From NCBI GenBank assembly GCA_024679065.1, contig JAGIQG010000040.1, positions 10,292,001 through 10,356,000 on the forward strand: DNA of 64,000 nt. Direction: 5' to 3'. A model generated the notes under the pieces. That model had not been told where the DNA came from, did no database searches, and saw only the letters and a program-made list of their open reading frames with translations. The DNA is from Sphyrna mokarran (Eukaryota). Shown here piece by piece: positions 62,810-64,000 of this stretch (position 1 is its first letter; each line of letters starts with the position of its first letter). Made by a program: the position numbers and the translations under genes.

Positions 62810-64000
62810 TCCACGTCCCACCTTCCACACCCCCAACAGAATGGACTCCGAGATTTACAATATGTTTGTTTGGCTCCATTATCAATGATGATGATATTAC
62901 AGTTCAGCATTCCTTTATTTAAAAATCTAATTCCATTATAAGTATAGTGATGTTATTACCACGCACCTAACAAGAAGACGGATCTAAATATGACTAAACA
63001 ACATTTTCAGAAAAGTAAAAAGACTGTCAGTCAGTTTTGCAACATTTGCTGGTCTCTGTCACATTACAATAATAAAGCAACACTTAACAAATGAATTGTT
63101 ATCGATTTCTGTAACTAAATGCGGGGGATGAACAAAGTGATTCGATTTGCTATCACTGTACATTTTGGGTTTGGAGATGAGAAGAAACTCACACACAATA
63201 CAATGTTTCTCCTTATATTTGTCAAACTGCCCCAATCTCGAAGTCAGTTCTTTAAAAATAACACGACTCCCGCCCTCCTGTTAATTAAATAGTGAAATGA
63301 CAGAGAAACATGAAATTAAATCGGCATTTGACAGAGAAGTTAATGAACCGGAACGGGCACTGACATCATTAAAGTTCTCCTTCAGCATCTAAATCATTGC
63401 AGCTCACTCTATTGGCCAAGGGTTGTCTAACATTCGCTGGTATTGTGAACATAGGATATCAGAACTTTGTGGCACATTGCACTGTATCACAAGACTTAAT
63501 GTTTTATTTTCCATTGAATCAGGTTATGAGCTGATCATTTCTCCACTCATTGGCAACTATGAGAAGAACTCTTCAATAACAGAAATCCGATTAGACTGTA
63601 CAATAGAACACGGTGTAAATCAGGGATAAGAGACCCTTGTGTTTAAATGGGGTGCAGAACTTTCACAATATTACAGGAACCCCACTGTTCATGTCAGTTT
63701 CATGATGTTCTAATATCATTTCGATACATTTTTGCATCGCTCTGATCTCAATTGGCAGAATTGGGAGAATCAACATCTCTCACATTTCATGAAGTCGTTA
63801 ATAAACAGAATTTCATTACTGGAAGGGCAATTACTTGAAGGTTATACAAATGGAAAAAAAATCCCATCACTTTATTGTTTTGCGATACTATTTATTCACA
63901 TAATAAACAGGACATTGAATGGAAATATTTGATTAGAATGATTACGATTTAAAATGTGTCTTTCTTCTGGGAACGAAACATTAATTGTTCAAATAGCTGA

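Overview
Cartilaginous-fish (shark-type) genomic DNA, judged from the clustered IgH layout and elasmobranch CR1/HER1 and HE1-like repeats. The right third holds one complete unrearranged IgM heavy-chain cluster on the minus strand: leader-VH-D1-D2-JH-CH1-CH2-CH3-CH4/secretory tail-TM, about 44.4-62.8 kb, with readable 23, 12/22, 12/12 and 23 RSS. The left end holds the TM exon and 3' UTR of a second IgM-type cluster on the plus strand, so the two clusters face tail-to-tail. About 3 kb of their 3' ends form a long inverted homology. The ~40 kb between them contains three two-exon GPR139-like GPCR genes (one intact, one with a GC or defective donor, one frameshifted), ten full-length tRNA genes plus decayed copies, a C2H2 zinc-finger relic, a Gypsy relic and many LINE/SINE copies. 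The most striking observation is that CH1 of the complete cluster has an in-frame TAA at the position of the usual Tyr, while all other exons and RSS are intact. The same base change creates a new in-frame AG acceptor, and CH1 skipping is also in frame. The inverted neighbour and a purine-rich repeat block in the J-C intron raise the possibility of rescue by inversional inter-cluster switching. All coordinates were read by eye, and repeat boundaries are approximate.
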